Virus record (IMG/VR): IMGVR_UViG_3300043781_000014
Coordinates: 1 to 64,000 of that record
DNA from: an uncultured virus (IMG/VR IMGVR_UViG_3300043781_000014)
Lineage: Duplodnaviria; Heunggongvirae; Uroviricota; Caudoviricetes
Strand: one strand, 5' to 3'
DNA: 64,000 nucleotides
Every line of letters begins with the position of its first letter. Within the stretch, counting starts at the first letter, position 1. Below the pieces are notes generated by a model. It was given only the letters and a program-made list of their open reading frames with translations. It was not told the origin of the DNA and ran no database searches. Position numbers and translations under genes: made by a program. This document shows positions 26,587-36,942 of the stretch, piece after piece.

Positions 26587-28434
26587 TTGAAAAAATTAAC
26601 TTTTGAAGAATTTAATTATAGGGCACAGCGTATACTAGGATCTAGTTATGTTTTTTATCCTCCATATAAGGATATGAAAACGCCTGTTAAATATAAGCAT
26701 TTAGTGTGCGGTACTACTGGAACCTTAATTCCTGATAACATTTTTAGGGGTAAAGCTAAATGCAAGTATTGTAGTATGAGGAGGAGATCTGGTAGACGTA
26801 TGATAACAGACGATGAGTTTAGGAAAAGGCTACATAAAGTCCGCTCTAGCGATGATATTATTTTACTTGAGCCTATACATGGTATTTTTAAGAAAACCAA
26901 GGCAAAATGTCTTGTGTGTGGATATGGTTCAAAAGGTGAATGGACTCCTCTTCCAGTTAACTTATTAAAGGGTAAAGGGTGTCCTAATTGTGCAGGTAAT
27001 GCCCCTAAAACACCAGATAAGGTAATTAAAGAAGTCAAAGATTTAGGGAAGGGTGAGTATGAATTATTAGGAACTAAGAGAACTAAAAAAGATGGTTTAT
27101 GGTTACATTTACTCCATAAAGAGTGCGAAAATGATTATTGGGTTCGTGACTATAGTTTCATACATGGTTATCGTTGTAAATTTTGTGCTAATAAAGCAAC
27201 AGGTGACAGATGTAGGCTATCCTTAGACGAAGTTAAGCAACGAATTACAAGGGTTGCTGATAGTCGTTATACATATGTAAGTGGTAATTATAAGAACAAC
27301 CAAAGCCCTATCTATGTAAGGCACAACGTATGTGGTACTGTGTTTAAAACCACATGGGGGCAACTTAGTGCTAATAGGGGATTGTGTCCTAATTGTGGTT
27401 CTTCTAATGGTGAGCAGGTGATTATGAACTATTTAGTATCACACAGGATTAGTTACTCTTATGGTTATTTAATTCCAGATTTAATAGATAAGAAAAACCT
27501 TCACTTTGACTTCTGGTTGTCTCAATTCAATACTGCTATTGAATATGATGGCCAACAACATTTTAATCCTGTCGATTTGTTTGGGGGTAAAGAGTGTTAT
27601 GAATTGCAAAATAAACATGATGAAATGAAAGATAATTATTGTAAGAAAAAAGGTATTAATTTAATTAGGATTAAATATAATGAAAGTATTAAGGACACAT
27701 TAGACTATTATCTTTTACCTTTAGTAGATAAGCTTAGTGACGTTGAGTTTAGAAAGGTAGAGAGTACAGATCTTAACGAGTTAATGATTAGGTATCATTA
27801 TTTACACCGTAAAGTGACTACTTCTTATTGTTATGGTTTATATTATCGAGGAAGTCTGGCAGGAATGGTAACATATACAAGACCTAGAATTAGCCTTGCT
27901 CAGTCAATCTCGCCTTTAGCTAATAAAGATAACACCCTAGAACTATCCAGACTATACATAAAAGATGAAGTAAGCCAAAACTTAAAGAATATTACTTCTA
28001 AGTTTGTCTCATGGACTTTAAGACAGTTAAAGAAAGAACAAGATGGTAATTGGTTTATTATTTCCTTTGCAGATCAAGGTATGCACCATACAGGAGCAAT
28101 TTACCAAGCTACTAATTTCTTATACTGTGGGACTACTAAACATCGTGAATACTCTTGGAATGGATATGGTAAGCATGGCGGTGTATGGGAAAAAGGTCAT
28201 TACTATAGGTATATGATAATTAGTCCTATCAAATATCGTTACATTATGTTCTTAGGATCAAAGACTTTTAAGAAACAAGCCCGTAAGACCCTTAAATTTG
28301 AAATTGAACCTTATCCTAAACAAGATAGCGTTCACTATTCTGTAGGTGACACAGAGGAAAGACTAATTCGAGACCGAGAAACTGGTAAGATTTGGAAAGA
28401 GTCTGAGTTAGTTAAACATCTAAAGAAAGATTAA
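26587..28434 (+). CDS. Zn-repeat + PD-(D/E)XK endonuclease fused to C-terminal Mom-like (GNAT-fold) DNA-modification domain
   Basis: Four CxxC-type repeats; HFDFWL..FNTAIEYDGQQH; then HYLHR..YGLY..LELSRL..IISFADQGMHHTGAIYQATNFLYCG. Confidence 0.75.
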   Translation: MKKLTFEEFNYRAQRILGSSYVFYPPYKDMKTPVKYKHLVCGTTGTLIPDNIFRGKAKCKYCSMRRRSGRRMITDDEFRKRLHKVRSSDDIILLEPIHGIFKKTKAKCLVCGYGSKGEWTPLPVNLLKGKGCPNCAGNAPKTPDKVIKEVKDLGKGEYELLGTKRTKKDGLWLHLLHKECENDYWVRDYSFIHGYRCKFCANKATGDRCRLSLDEVKQRITRVADSRYTYVSGNYKNNQSPIYVRHNVCGTVFKTTWGQLSANRGLCPNCGSSNGEQVIMNYLVSHRISYSYGYLIPDLIDKKNLHFDFWLSQFNTAIEYDGQQHFNPVDLFGGKECYELQNKHDEMKDNYCKKKGINLIRIKYNESIKDTLDYYLLPLVDKLSDVEFRKVESTDLNELMIRYHYLHRKVTTSYCYGLYYRGSLAGMVTYTRPRISLAQSISPLANKDNTLELSRLYIKDEVSQNLKNITSKFVSWTLRQLKKEQDGNWFIISFADQGMHHTGAIYQATNFLYCGTTKHREYSWNGYGKHGGVWEKGHYYRYMIISPIKYRYIMFLGSKTFKKQARKTLKFEIEPYPKQDSVHYSVGDTEERLIRDRETGKIWKESELVKHLKKD

Positions 28435-28555
28435 GGGGAATTAAGAAAGAGGTATAACAACGAAACTGTTGGAGAATATTCTTTCTTTTTATAATTAAGT
28501 ATTGACAACCTGTCTATTCTATTGTATTATAATAGCTGTAAAGGAGTTGTTAAGT

Positions 28556-29170
28556 ATGCGAAGAAAAACTGATAAAGAATTTAAACAAGAATTGCATGAT
28601 TTAGTAGGTGATGAATATACAGCTTTAGATCATTATGAGAAAGGAACAATTAAGATTCATATTAAGCATAATAAATGTGGTCATGTGCTATATGTTTATC
28701 CTTTGGCTTTTTTACAAAGACCTCACTGCCCTTATTGTAGTGGTCGCCCACGTTACACCCCAGCAGAGTATAGGGAGTATGTAAAAGAAATGACTAATGA
28801 TGCGTACGAGGTTTTAGACGATTTTGTAAATAATAGGACACCAATTCGTTATAAGCATAAGAAATGTGGTACTGTATTTAAGACTCTTCCTAATACCTTT
28901 AGTGTTGGGTCTGTTCGCTGTCCTGTATGTGCTAATAAGGTTCGTTCTAAGAAGCAATCCTTAACCACTGAGGAATTTAAGGAGCGGGTTCATAATTTAC
29001 CACATGGAGACGAATTCGAAGTTCTATCTGAATATAAAGGCTACCACCAACGTGTTACCTTTAAGCATAAGAAGTGTGATACTGTATGGATGACTACCCC
29101 AGCCAGTTTCTTTCTTAGTAAACATAAATGTCCGGTATGTGCAATTAATTCAACTAGAAAGGTTAAGTAA
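28556..29170 (+). CDS. protein of three Zn-binding repeats with no nuclease domain
   Basis: Same KHxKCG...CPxC repeat as 8165-9853; own TTGACA promoter at 28502 and AAGGAG RBS. Confidence 0.75.
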   Translation: MRRKTDKEFKQELHDLVGDEYTALDHYEKGTIKIHIKHNKCGHVLYVYPLAFLQRPHCPYCSGRPRYTPAEYREYVKEMTNDAYEVLDDFVNNRTPIRYKHKKCGTVFKTLPNTFSVGSVRCPVCANKVRSKKQSLTTEEFKERVHNLPHGDEFEVLSEYKGYHQRVTFKHKKCDTVWMTTPASFFLSKHKCPVCAINSTRKVK

Positions 29171-29172
29171 TT

Positions 29173-30165
29173 ATGGAGAAAGTAATTAAGAACTATTTAG
29201 ACAATGTAGATAAAGTAGAAGAGGAATTATCCCGAAAGAAAAAGTTATTGAATAAGTTTGATAATATCTCAGACCTTTTTAATTTCTTATATGTAGGTAA
29301 TTTGACTAAGGACTTATCTTTTTATGACCCTAACCATGACTCTCTAGCTTTAGATGGTGGTTTGTTTAATGATAATGAAAGGGCAATGAGAGAGGCTCTA
29401 GGTGCTGAATTTAAAAAGCGTTTAGAAAGTATTGGAATTAATAATGTAGGAGTAGACACGGATGGCTGGAGATTAGGATTTAATATTCCGTCTCCTTACC
29501 CTAATGATATTGTAATTGAGTCTTTAATCCCCAACCATAATGTTAAGTTAAATTATTATGCAGACGTTAACTCTTTAAACCAGTTATCCAGAGTAGACGA
29601 AATTAATATTGACTTAGTTCTAAAGTACTTTAATCCAATGGCTAACTATGGACGTTTTAAATGGGATCTAAAAGGTATCATTGCTCAATCAGCGAATGGG
29701 CATGATAATGAGTTTTGGTATGATGATTTATTAACTGCTTTATCGACAGATCGTGACTATTTAATTCAATGCTTGACCTTATTTAGGGGTATGCAATATG
29801 ATGATGACTCTATAGAATATCCTAATTACTTGTCTGAACGATTAAAGAGTACTGTTGAAAGATTAGAGTCTATCCATGCTCATACCCAAAAGGGTTTAGC
29901 TAAGAAGATTAAAAAGGAACTTAAAAAGTCATACTTAGAACATCAAATTGATATTATGATTAAGCCTAAGTATTTCTACTACAATCGGAAATTTAACCAG
30001 TTTAAGCAAGATATTGACCACGCAGAAATATGGAGTAACACTATTGAGATTCGTAAGTCTACAGAAGATTATTACCGTGGTATTTTTACTGGCTTGTTTA
30101 ACAAGAAAGTTAATATTAACTGGTTTGTTAAAAATTATAATGATGATTATGTAAAACTAAAATAA
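29173..30165 (+). CDS. hypothetical protein
   Basis: 330-aa ORF, tight spacing. Confidence 0.7.
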   Translation: MEKVIKNYLDNVDKVEEELSRKKKLLNKFDNISDLFNFLYVGNLTKDLSFYDPNHDSLALDGGLFNDNERAMREALGAEFKKRLESIGINNVGVDTDGWRLGFNIPSPYPNDIVIESLIPNHNVKLNYYADVNSLNQLSRVDEINIDLVLKYFNPMANYGRFKWDLKGIIAQSANGHDNEFWYDDLLTALSTDRDYLIQCLTLFRGMQYDDDSIEYPNYLSERLKSTVERLESIHAHTQKGLAKKIKKELKKSYLEHQIDIMIKPKYFYYNRKFNQFKQDIDHAEIWSNTIEIRKSTEDYYRGIFTGLFNKKVNINWFVKNYNDDYVKLK

Positions 30166-30170
30166 TATCA

Positions 30171-30251
30171 TTCCCTCTTTCAGAACTACATTAAGAGTAG
30201 AATAAAAGCAATTCTGTTATACAATGTAGAATAACGAAAGGGGGATTTTTT
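30171..30251 (+). promoter_or_regulatory. long nested hairpin covering the RBS of the spike gene, followed by a T run
   Basis: TCCCTCTTTC/GAAAGGGGGA, CTACATT/AATGTAG, AGAAT/ATTCT. Confidence 0.55.
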
Positions 30252-33200
30252 GTGGGTCAAAAGATCAATATACCCTCACAAAATCAACCGTTTAGAAAGC
30301 AATCTTCCCTAGGTGGAGACGTTAGCTTTCGGAATTTAAACGGAACAAATGATAATTCATTTATTACTTTAGCTAAGGTAACAAAAGTTTATTATAAACA
30401 AGGTAAATTAGATTTTAAATTAACTAATACTGTTTCTATTGTACAAGAGCAGGGTGGAGATGGTTCTGGATCAGCTCCTATCCCTGTTGACTTCTTTGGA
30501 CGTAAGCCAGATGGTCAAGTTTTTGGTCATTATCGTCCGGTTAAAGTTGGAGACTTGATTGCAATTGCTTATATCAATGGTCACCGTTCTAATCAAATTG
30601 TAATTGGTGTTTATCCCGATTCTGCACCAGATTATGAATTGATTTCACCATCAATGTTTGAAACTGGTGATGATAATGATTCTGGAATTGCTGAGACTGG
30701 TTTAGCTGAGCAAAAGGTTTATCCGTCTATGCAGACTAGCTACCGTTCTGGTTCTGGTACAATTGCAGAAGCTTTAAACGGTCATTCTTTCTTGATCCTA
30801 GACGATGAAACAGCTAATCAATATGACCAGCTTTGGACTGATTACGAGTCTGTTGGATTCTTTAACCATAATGGAGAAACAACTAATCCATTAAAAGAAG
30901 AGGCTGGTAGTTGGTTATTAGTTCATGAGGATAATCCAGACGGTGATGGCGATGGTCACCGTACTCGTTTCTACGTTAATCCTAAAGGTGAAATTCAAAT
31001 TGTCCTTATGGGTTCTGACTCAGAGGGTGACGTTTCTGTATTAGAGGGTTCTCGTAAAGACGGGTTTACTCTTAAGCATTATAACGATCTTTCATCAATT
31101 AAAGCTGGTGATAAAGGACAGGATGTCTATAATCCAGATTTTGACGTTGCTAAGAAATATGTAGAGCTTAATATTGGTAAAGATCAGTCTATTCTCATGC
31201 AGGCTGTAGACCAAGGCTTTTCTGGTGGTAATACTAATCTTACAGTTAAGCCGGATGGTGTTTATTTAAATGATAAGCCTTTAAATGCAAGTATTACAGA
31301 TTCGGTAAGAGAACATAGTAAAGAAGTAGCAGACGCTATTTCTAAAGATTTAACCTCTACTAAAGAGTGGGAGGACTTTGATAAGCGGGTTACTCAAGCT
31401 GGTAAGGATGCTAAAGACGCTGGTGATAAAGCTAAGCAAGCTGGTGAAGATGCTAAGCAAGCTGGTATCAGCGCAGAAAAAGCAGGAGAAGACGCTAAGA
31501 AAACTGGTGAGGATATTAAGCGTCACGTTATTTACTATGCTTCTGCTTTTCCTCAAGGAGATCATTACATTCCGGGTAAGTATTTAGCGATTAATACTGA
31601 AACTTATATTGCTAATGGTATTATTAAGTCTGCGATGATTGAAGACGGGGCTATTGATAATGCTAAAATTGCATATGAAGCCGTTGGTAGTTCACAGATT
31701 GAAGACCTAGCGGTTACTCGTGGTAAATTAGCATATATGGCTGTAGGGACTGCTCAAATTGAAGATCTTGCTGTGTCTGATGAAAAAGTAGACCACCTTT
31801 CCTTTAATCATATGGAGGGGGAATTATTAGATGCCCATAAGATTAGAGTTCGTAATCTTTCGGGTGATAGTATTTCTGCTAAAACTCTTACTGCTGATAA
31901 ATTAATTATTGGTGAATTAGGGGATATTACAGATAAGTTAGGAACCATTGCTGATGGTAATATTATTGTTAAAGGGAATGGTAAAGATTCTGGAGTTACC
32001 TTAGACGGGTTAGACGCAGATAATCCCGATGTCTATACCCCAAGTAAGAAAGCCATTTTGGTTAACATTGTTCGAGCTATTAAGTCTAGTGCTGAGGCTA
32101 GTTTAGACTATGCTAAGGAGGTAGGTTTAAATAATGACCCTATAGCAAAAGACTTACAGAAGAAGTATGACGCAATGGTTGACGGTTTAGCTCCTATCTT
32201 TAATGATATGACTGCTACTACTAACTTTGACCATAATACAGTTGAGCAATTAACATCTGATTGTAATAATGCAATTGATAAATTCCAAAACCTTGCCAAT
32301 AGTCAATTAAATCGTAAGATTGGGCAAACCGCTGATAATAAGAATTCTGTTTATCAAGGCTATGAACAGCCTGCTAATCCACACATTAATGATATATGGT
32401 TCCAAGAGAATTCAGACGGAACTTATCAAATTAGGGTTTATGATGGCGGATCTTGGATTAGTCCCGGTATGCAGGATATTAAAGAAGTACAAGAATCAGT
32501 GTCTACTTTGCCAAGGTCATACTATAGTTCTATACAGCCAGCTGGGACAGATTATAAAGACGGTGACATCTGGTATAAAACTAGTACCGATACAACTAAC
32601 AATACCGTAGTATATACTGCGTACAAGTGGAATCGTAATACTAATACATGGGATCCTCTGTTAGATGCAACTAGTTCACATAATTATATAGGATCTGCAC
32701 CAGCTAACCCAATCAATGGGGACTTTTGGATGGATAATACCACCCTTAAACAGTATCAAAATGGGGTCTGGAAAACAATTCCAACCCAAGGACCTCAAGG
32801 TGTTCCCGGTGTTAGTGCAAAACAACAATACATTCATACTGCGTACGCAACTAGTGCTGATGGTAATAATAATTTTAGTGTGGATAGCTTTAGTGGGGCT
32901 ACTTATATTGGTTTGCTAGTTGATTTTGATGAAGAAGATTCTAAGGATCATACTAAGTACACATGGTCATTAATCAAGGGTAAAGATGGTACAGATGGTA
33001 AAGATGGGGTACCGGGTAAGCCGGGTGTAGACGGTAAGACAAGTTATGTACACTTTGCCTATGCTAATAGTAGTGATGGTAATACTGATTTTAACCTAGA
33101 ATACTTTGCTAATGCTCTATATGTTGGTACTTATACTGATTTTACAGAATCGGATTCCTCTGACCATACCAAGTACACATGGTCTAGGTTAAGGGGTGAT

Positions 33201-36200
33201 AAAGGGGACCAAGGTATTCCCGGTGCAGATGGTACAGACGGTAAAACTTACTACACATGGATCAAGTATGCTACTGATAGTAGTGGTAGCAATATTAGTG
33301 ATTCCCCGACTGGAATGAGTTATATAGGAATAGCTTATAACAAAGGAAGTCAAACTGAATCAAGTACACCTACTGATTACAAGTGGACTAAAATTAAGGG
33401 TGATGACGGTATTCCGGGCACTCCAGGTGCAGACGGTAAAACTAGTTATTTCCATGTTGCCTATGCTAATAGTAGTGATGGTAGTATAGGATTCACAACT
33501 AGTCCAAATATAAGTAGTAGCTATCGTTATCTAGGAACTTATACAGATTATACAAGTACCAGTAGTAGAAACCCTTCTTCTTACACATGGGCACCAATGT
33601 TTGACTCAACTAAGAAACGCAACTTTACTTCCCAACCAACCACACCTTACGCTGTGGGTGATACGTGGACACAATCAGGTGCTACTTATTTCTGTACAGT
33701 CGCACGTGATAGTGGTGCATTCAGACAGGATGATTGGGAGATGCAACAATTAACTATTCATTCGTTGGATAGTAGCGTTGCTAATAGTTTGCATAACGAT
33801 AATCTAGTTTCTGGTACTGATCAGAAATATACAATGGGTTATGGTATCCCTAATACTGTCTGGCAGGATGACTATGCTTACTTGAAATTACCAACAAATG
33901 CCACAGGTTATGAAATCCTTCCGCAAGACCCACATACCTTTTTCCATGTTATGAATAAAGGGACAACTTATACTCAAACAATCTGGTTTGAAACTGATGC
34001 AACTGTCAAAGACTTGAGTAGGGCTCAAATTACATGGTTTACCAATGTAGGGCACGATCCTCAACCTGCAACCTTGATTAATCTTGGCGAAAATAAATAT
34101 AAGCTCTACTCGACTTATATGTGGACCGGCAAGAGTGATAATAACGTACGATTGTTTGATATTTTCTACTTAAATTTCGCTTTTGATTTAAGCACAGGAA
34201 CATACTTGAAGTTTGGCAAGTTGAAGTTGGAAAAAGGAAGTGTAGCTACCCCTTGGTGCTTATCGCAATCTGAACTTACAACGACTACTAGAGACTATAG
34301 AGGTGTTACTTTAAATGACAGGGGGCTAACTGCTACCGCAGGAAGTACAACGGTTGCTATGAACTCTAACGATGGTTTTCTTATTAATAATGCTAGCGGA
34401 CAGGTATTCCATGTAGATACTAGTGGTAATCTTAATATGAAAGGTAATATTACTGCGGGTAACATTTCTGGAGTTAACTTTATCGGAGATAATTTAACCC
34501 TTAATAACTCACTGCAAGTTATTAATGGTAATATTTCTGCTGATAATGGTAATGTTGTTATTAACTCTAATGGTCTTACCATTAAAGACGGTGGATTGAA
34601 AATTGTTAATAGTAAAGGCGAAACTACTACCGAGATTAGAGATGATGGTACTTTTGCTACTAATAAAGGTTTCTTTAGTGGTTCTATTACTGGTAGTAAT
34701 ATTGTTCTAAATGGTAATGATGGTTCTAAAATCTCTGCTAGTGGTGGTGCTTTTAGTGTAGACGGTTTTGGTAATGTTACTGCAAACTCAATTAAAATTA
34801 CTGGTAACCGTAAGGATGACGTATCTAATCAAGCTCTGATAAAGGGGGCTAGTATTACAGATGGTAATATTATTAAAGGTAATTTAATTGAGGGTAATAA
34901 TATTATTGGTAACCGGATTCAATCATCTGAATTTATGACTTCTACTCGTGAGTACTCTAATGGATCCTACTATCCAATTTCTGGGTCTATCTATACGCCA
35001 TCATTTCTTATTGAAGATTCTGGTAATATTAGTGTACATACTGTCTTTCCTCAAGCTTTTTCTACCATTGCTCGAATTGGATCTAATAAAGGGGTTGACG
35101 GTCCCTATGTAAACATTACCCATGAAGCATTTGACCGTAGTACTTTGTCTGGATCTTTCGGGTATGGTAGAGGTTATGAATATCCAGTTCCATATTTATA
35201 TGGTCATCAAGGGGGAATGGTAGAGTATCCTGTTAATTCTAATGAATTAAGTATTGTCTATATGAATGATATTAGTAGGTCTGAATATAATGGTTATGGA
35301 TTATATGATGGCTATAAATATACTGAGATAGCAACAATTAATGATATTGTACAAAAGTATAAGTCTAAGATAGGGCGAATTAAGTTTAACTTTGGTATTG
35401 TTTGTACCTATGGTAGCTATGATACTTCAGGGGGTACTACAGTGGCTGGAGGATACCATGATTTGTATGTTGTATTAACTACTGGAAGGATTAATGAAAA
35501 TGATACTTATCATGTAGACTTTGATGGAAAAACTTTTAATAATGTAAAAAATAATATTAAGATTAAAATGACATCTAAGAAGGTTTTAACTGGTGTCGGG
35601 GGATTGTCTTATTATAATTTGTATGCTGAACTATCGACTAAGGATTTAGATTTAGCTAATACCTATTATTTAGGAGTATTGCAAAAAGGATTTATAAAAG
35701 ACTCCAGAGAGTCCCTTGCTAACCATACATGGAAGATTCAAATTGATGAGATGGCAATAATTCCAGAGGGCGATATTCTTGATGATCAAGGTTATTATGT
35801 TCCTACTGCGGGTGGGAGTTATCGAGATCTTACAATATCGGCTAACGGATCAATTATTACCCATGAAGACGATATTGGAGTACAAACTACTTCTGAATAT
35901 AGTAGTAGGTACCTTTCTTTTGCAGTAAGTACTGATGGGCAGAGTCCAATGCCTTATTGGACGACTATAAATGCAGATGGTATTGGGTTCTCTATTGGTA
36001 ATAATAATAGCTCTACCGATGGTAATGGTAACCCTAATGGCTTAGCTACCCGACAGTGTATTTATTTCTCTGGAGACTCTAACCAAAATGGGATGTCAAT
36101 GGATAACTATGGTAATGTTCACGGACAGGTATGGTCTGGAGCTTGGAAAGTTTACAATAATCAGGGTGACGAGGTATTTAATGTGCCATTTGATCCTAAT

Positions 36201-36512
36201 GGTGTGTTTAATTTTTATGTACCTAGAGTAAATAAAAATCAAGATCCGGGTCATAAATGGGGAGGTCTAAAGATTGGTTGGGTCTACTTTGACCAAGCGC
36301 AATATCGTTGGGCTGAAACAGTTCCTGCTATTTATAATACTGGAGGAAGAGTAAAGGGGATTGCTATGTATGATCAATTTATTGTGACTTTTATGGATGG
36401 TTGGTGTTACCAATTATCTTCTTGGTGGAATCATGGTGTTCCTAGAGGCATTGATAGTTCAAACGGTGAAGCACAGGGAACAAATACAGATGCTGGTCAT
36501 AGAGGTGTCTAA
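30252..36512 (+). CDS. large central spike / tail fibre (receptor-binding) protein
   Basis: K-like N-terminus (LAKVTKVYY, FGHYRP, HRTRF), heptad repeats, 10-residue beta-helix repeats, collagen-like G-X-Y with YxHxAYA modules, CBM-like segment. Confidence 0.75.
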   Translation: MGQKINIPSQNQPFRKQSSLGGDVSFRNLNGTNDNSFITLAKVTKVYYKQGKLDFKLTNTVSIVQEQGGDGSGSAPIPVDFFGRKPDGQVFGHYRPVKVGDLIAIAYINGHRSNQIVIGVYPDSAPDYELISPSMFETGDDNDSGIAETGLAEQKVYPSMQTSYRSGSGTIAEALNGHSFLILDDETANQYDQLWTDYESVGFFNHNGETTNPLKEEAGSWLLVHEDNPDGDGDGHRTRFYVNPKGEIQIVLMGSDSEGDVSVLEGSRKDGFTLKHYNDLSSIKAGDKGQDVYNPDFDVAKKYVELNIGKDQSILMQAVDQGFSGGNTNLTVKPDGVYLNDKPLNASITDSVREHSKEVADAISKDLTSTKEWEDFDKRVTQAGKDAKDAGDKAKQAGEDAKQAGISAEKAGEDAKKTGEDIKRHVIYYASAFPQGDHYIPGKYLAINTETYIANGIIKSAMIEDGAIDNAKIAYEAVGSSQIEDLAVTRGKLAYMAVGTAQIEDLAVSDEKVDHLSFNHMEGELLDAHKIRVRNLSGDSISAKTLTADKLIIGELGDITDKLGTIADGNIIVKGNGKDSGVTLDGLDADNPDVYTPSKKAILVNIVRAIKSSAEASLDYAKEVGLNNDPIAKDLQKKYDAMVDGLAPIFNDMTATTNFDHNTVEQLTSDCNNAIDKFQNLANSQLNRKIGQTADNKNSVYQGYEQPANPHINDIWFQENSDGTYQIRVYDGGSWISPGMQDIKEVQESVSTLPRSYYSSIQPAGTDYKDGDIWYKTSTDTTNNTVVYTAYKWNRNTNTWDPLLDATSSHNYIGSAPANPINGDFWMDNTTLKQYQNGVWKTIPTQGPQGVPGVSAKQQYIHTAYATSADGNNNFSVDSFSGATYIGLLVDFDEEDSKDHTKYTWSLIKGKDGTDGKDGVPGKPGVDGKTSYVHFAYANSSDGNTDFNLEYFANALYVGTYTDFTESDSSDHTKYTWSRLRGDKGDQGIPGADGTDGKTYYTWIKYATDSSGSNISDSPTGMSYIGIAYNKGSQTESSTPTDYKWTKIKGDDGIPGTPGADGKTSYFHVAYANSSDGSIGFTTSPNISSSYRYLGTYTDYTSTSSRNPSSYTWAPMFDSTKKRNFTSQPTTPYAVGDTWTQSGATYFCTVARDSGAFRQDDWEMQQLTIHSLDSSVANSLHNDNLVSGTDQKYTMGYGIPNTVWQDDYAYLKLPTNATGYEILPQDPHTFFHVMNKGTTYTQTIWFETDATVKDLSRAQITWFTNVGHDPQPATLINLGENKYKLYSTYMWTGKSDNNVRLFDIFYLNFAFDLSTGTYLKFGKLKLEKGSVATPWCLSQSELTTTTRDYRGVTLNDRGLTATAGSTTVAMNSNDGFLINNASGQVFHVDTSGNLNMKGNITAGNISGVNFIGDNLTLNNSLQVINGNISADNGNVVINSNGLTIKDGGLKIVNSKGETTTEIRDDGTFATNKGFFSGSITGSNIVLNGNDGSKISASGGAFSVDGFGNVTANSIKITGNRKDDVSNQALIKGASITDGNIIKGNLIEGNNIIGNRIQSSEFMTSTREYSNGSYYPISGSIYTPSFLIEDSGNISVHTVFPQAFSTIARIGSNKGVDGPYVNITHEAFDRSTLSGSFGYGRGYEYPVPYLYGHQGGMVEYPVNSNELSIVYMNDISRSEYNGYGLYDGYKYTEIATINDIVQKYKSKIGRIKFNFGIVCTYGSYDTSGGTTVAGGYHDLYVVLTTGRINENDTYHVDFDGKTFNNVKNNIKIKMTSKKVLTGVGGLSYYNLYAELSTKDLDLANTYYLGVLQKGFIKDSRESLANHTWKIQIDEMAIIPEGDILDDQGYYVPTAGGSYRDLTISANGSIITHEDDIGVQTTSEYSSRYLSFAVSTDGQSPMPYWTTINADGIGFSIGNNNSSTDGNGNPNGLATRQCIYFSGDSNQNGMSMDNYGNVHGQVWSGAWKVYNNQGDEVFNVPFDPNGVFNFYVPRVNKNQDPGHKWGGLKIGWVYFDQAQYRWAETVPAIYNTGGRVKGIAMYDQFIVTFMDGWCYQLSSWWNHGVPRGIDSSNGEAQGTNTDAGHRGV

Positions 36513-36567
36513 ATTTGATTAATTTTGTGCTATAATAAACTTATCTTAGTAATGGAGGATAATATAA

Positions 36568-36942
36568 GTGTCTAAATTATTAATTAATAAGAGTGTAGAA
36601 GAACATCAAGAGTTAGATAGCAATAATCAAGTAAGAAAGAGGAAAAGTATTACTTTAGATGGAACTGTTGTTGATGAACAAACTGGTAATACTTTAATGA
36701 ATATGCGTACTACTTTATTAGGAGACGGTTCAACTCCACAGACTTTAGTTTATGGAGGAGAGGATAGTATCGTTGGTTTTAATGATGATGGTACTGTTAG
36801 ACTTGCTTCTGCTACTAAAGAGGAACGTGATAAGAATTTAGTAAAGTTTCGTGCTAGGGCGATTAAGGAACAAAAAGAATTATCTAAAGAAAATGGAATT
36901 GATCCTAGTGTTGTTAATAACTATGGAGACGAACTTAAGTAA
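36568..36942 (+). CDS. hypothetical protein
   Basis: GGAGG RBS, GTG start. Confidence 0.65.
   Translation: MSKLLINKSVEEHQELDSNNQVRKRKSITLDGTVVDEQTGNTLMNMRTTLLGDGSTPQTLVYGGEDSIVGFNDDGTVRLASATKEERDKNLVKFRARAIKEQKELSKENGIDPSVVNNYGDELK

Noticed and set aside
34900..36512. Possible diversity-generating retroelement target at the fibre C-terminus
   Set aside because: No reverse transcriptase and no template/variable repeat pair visible in the window.
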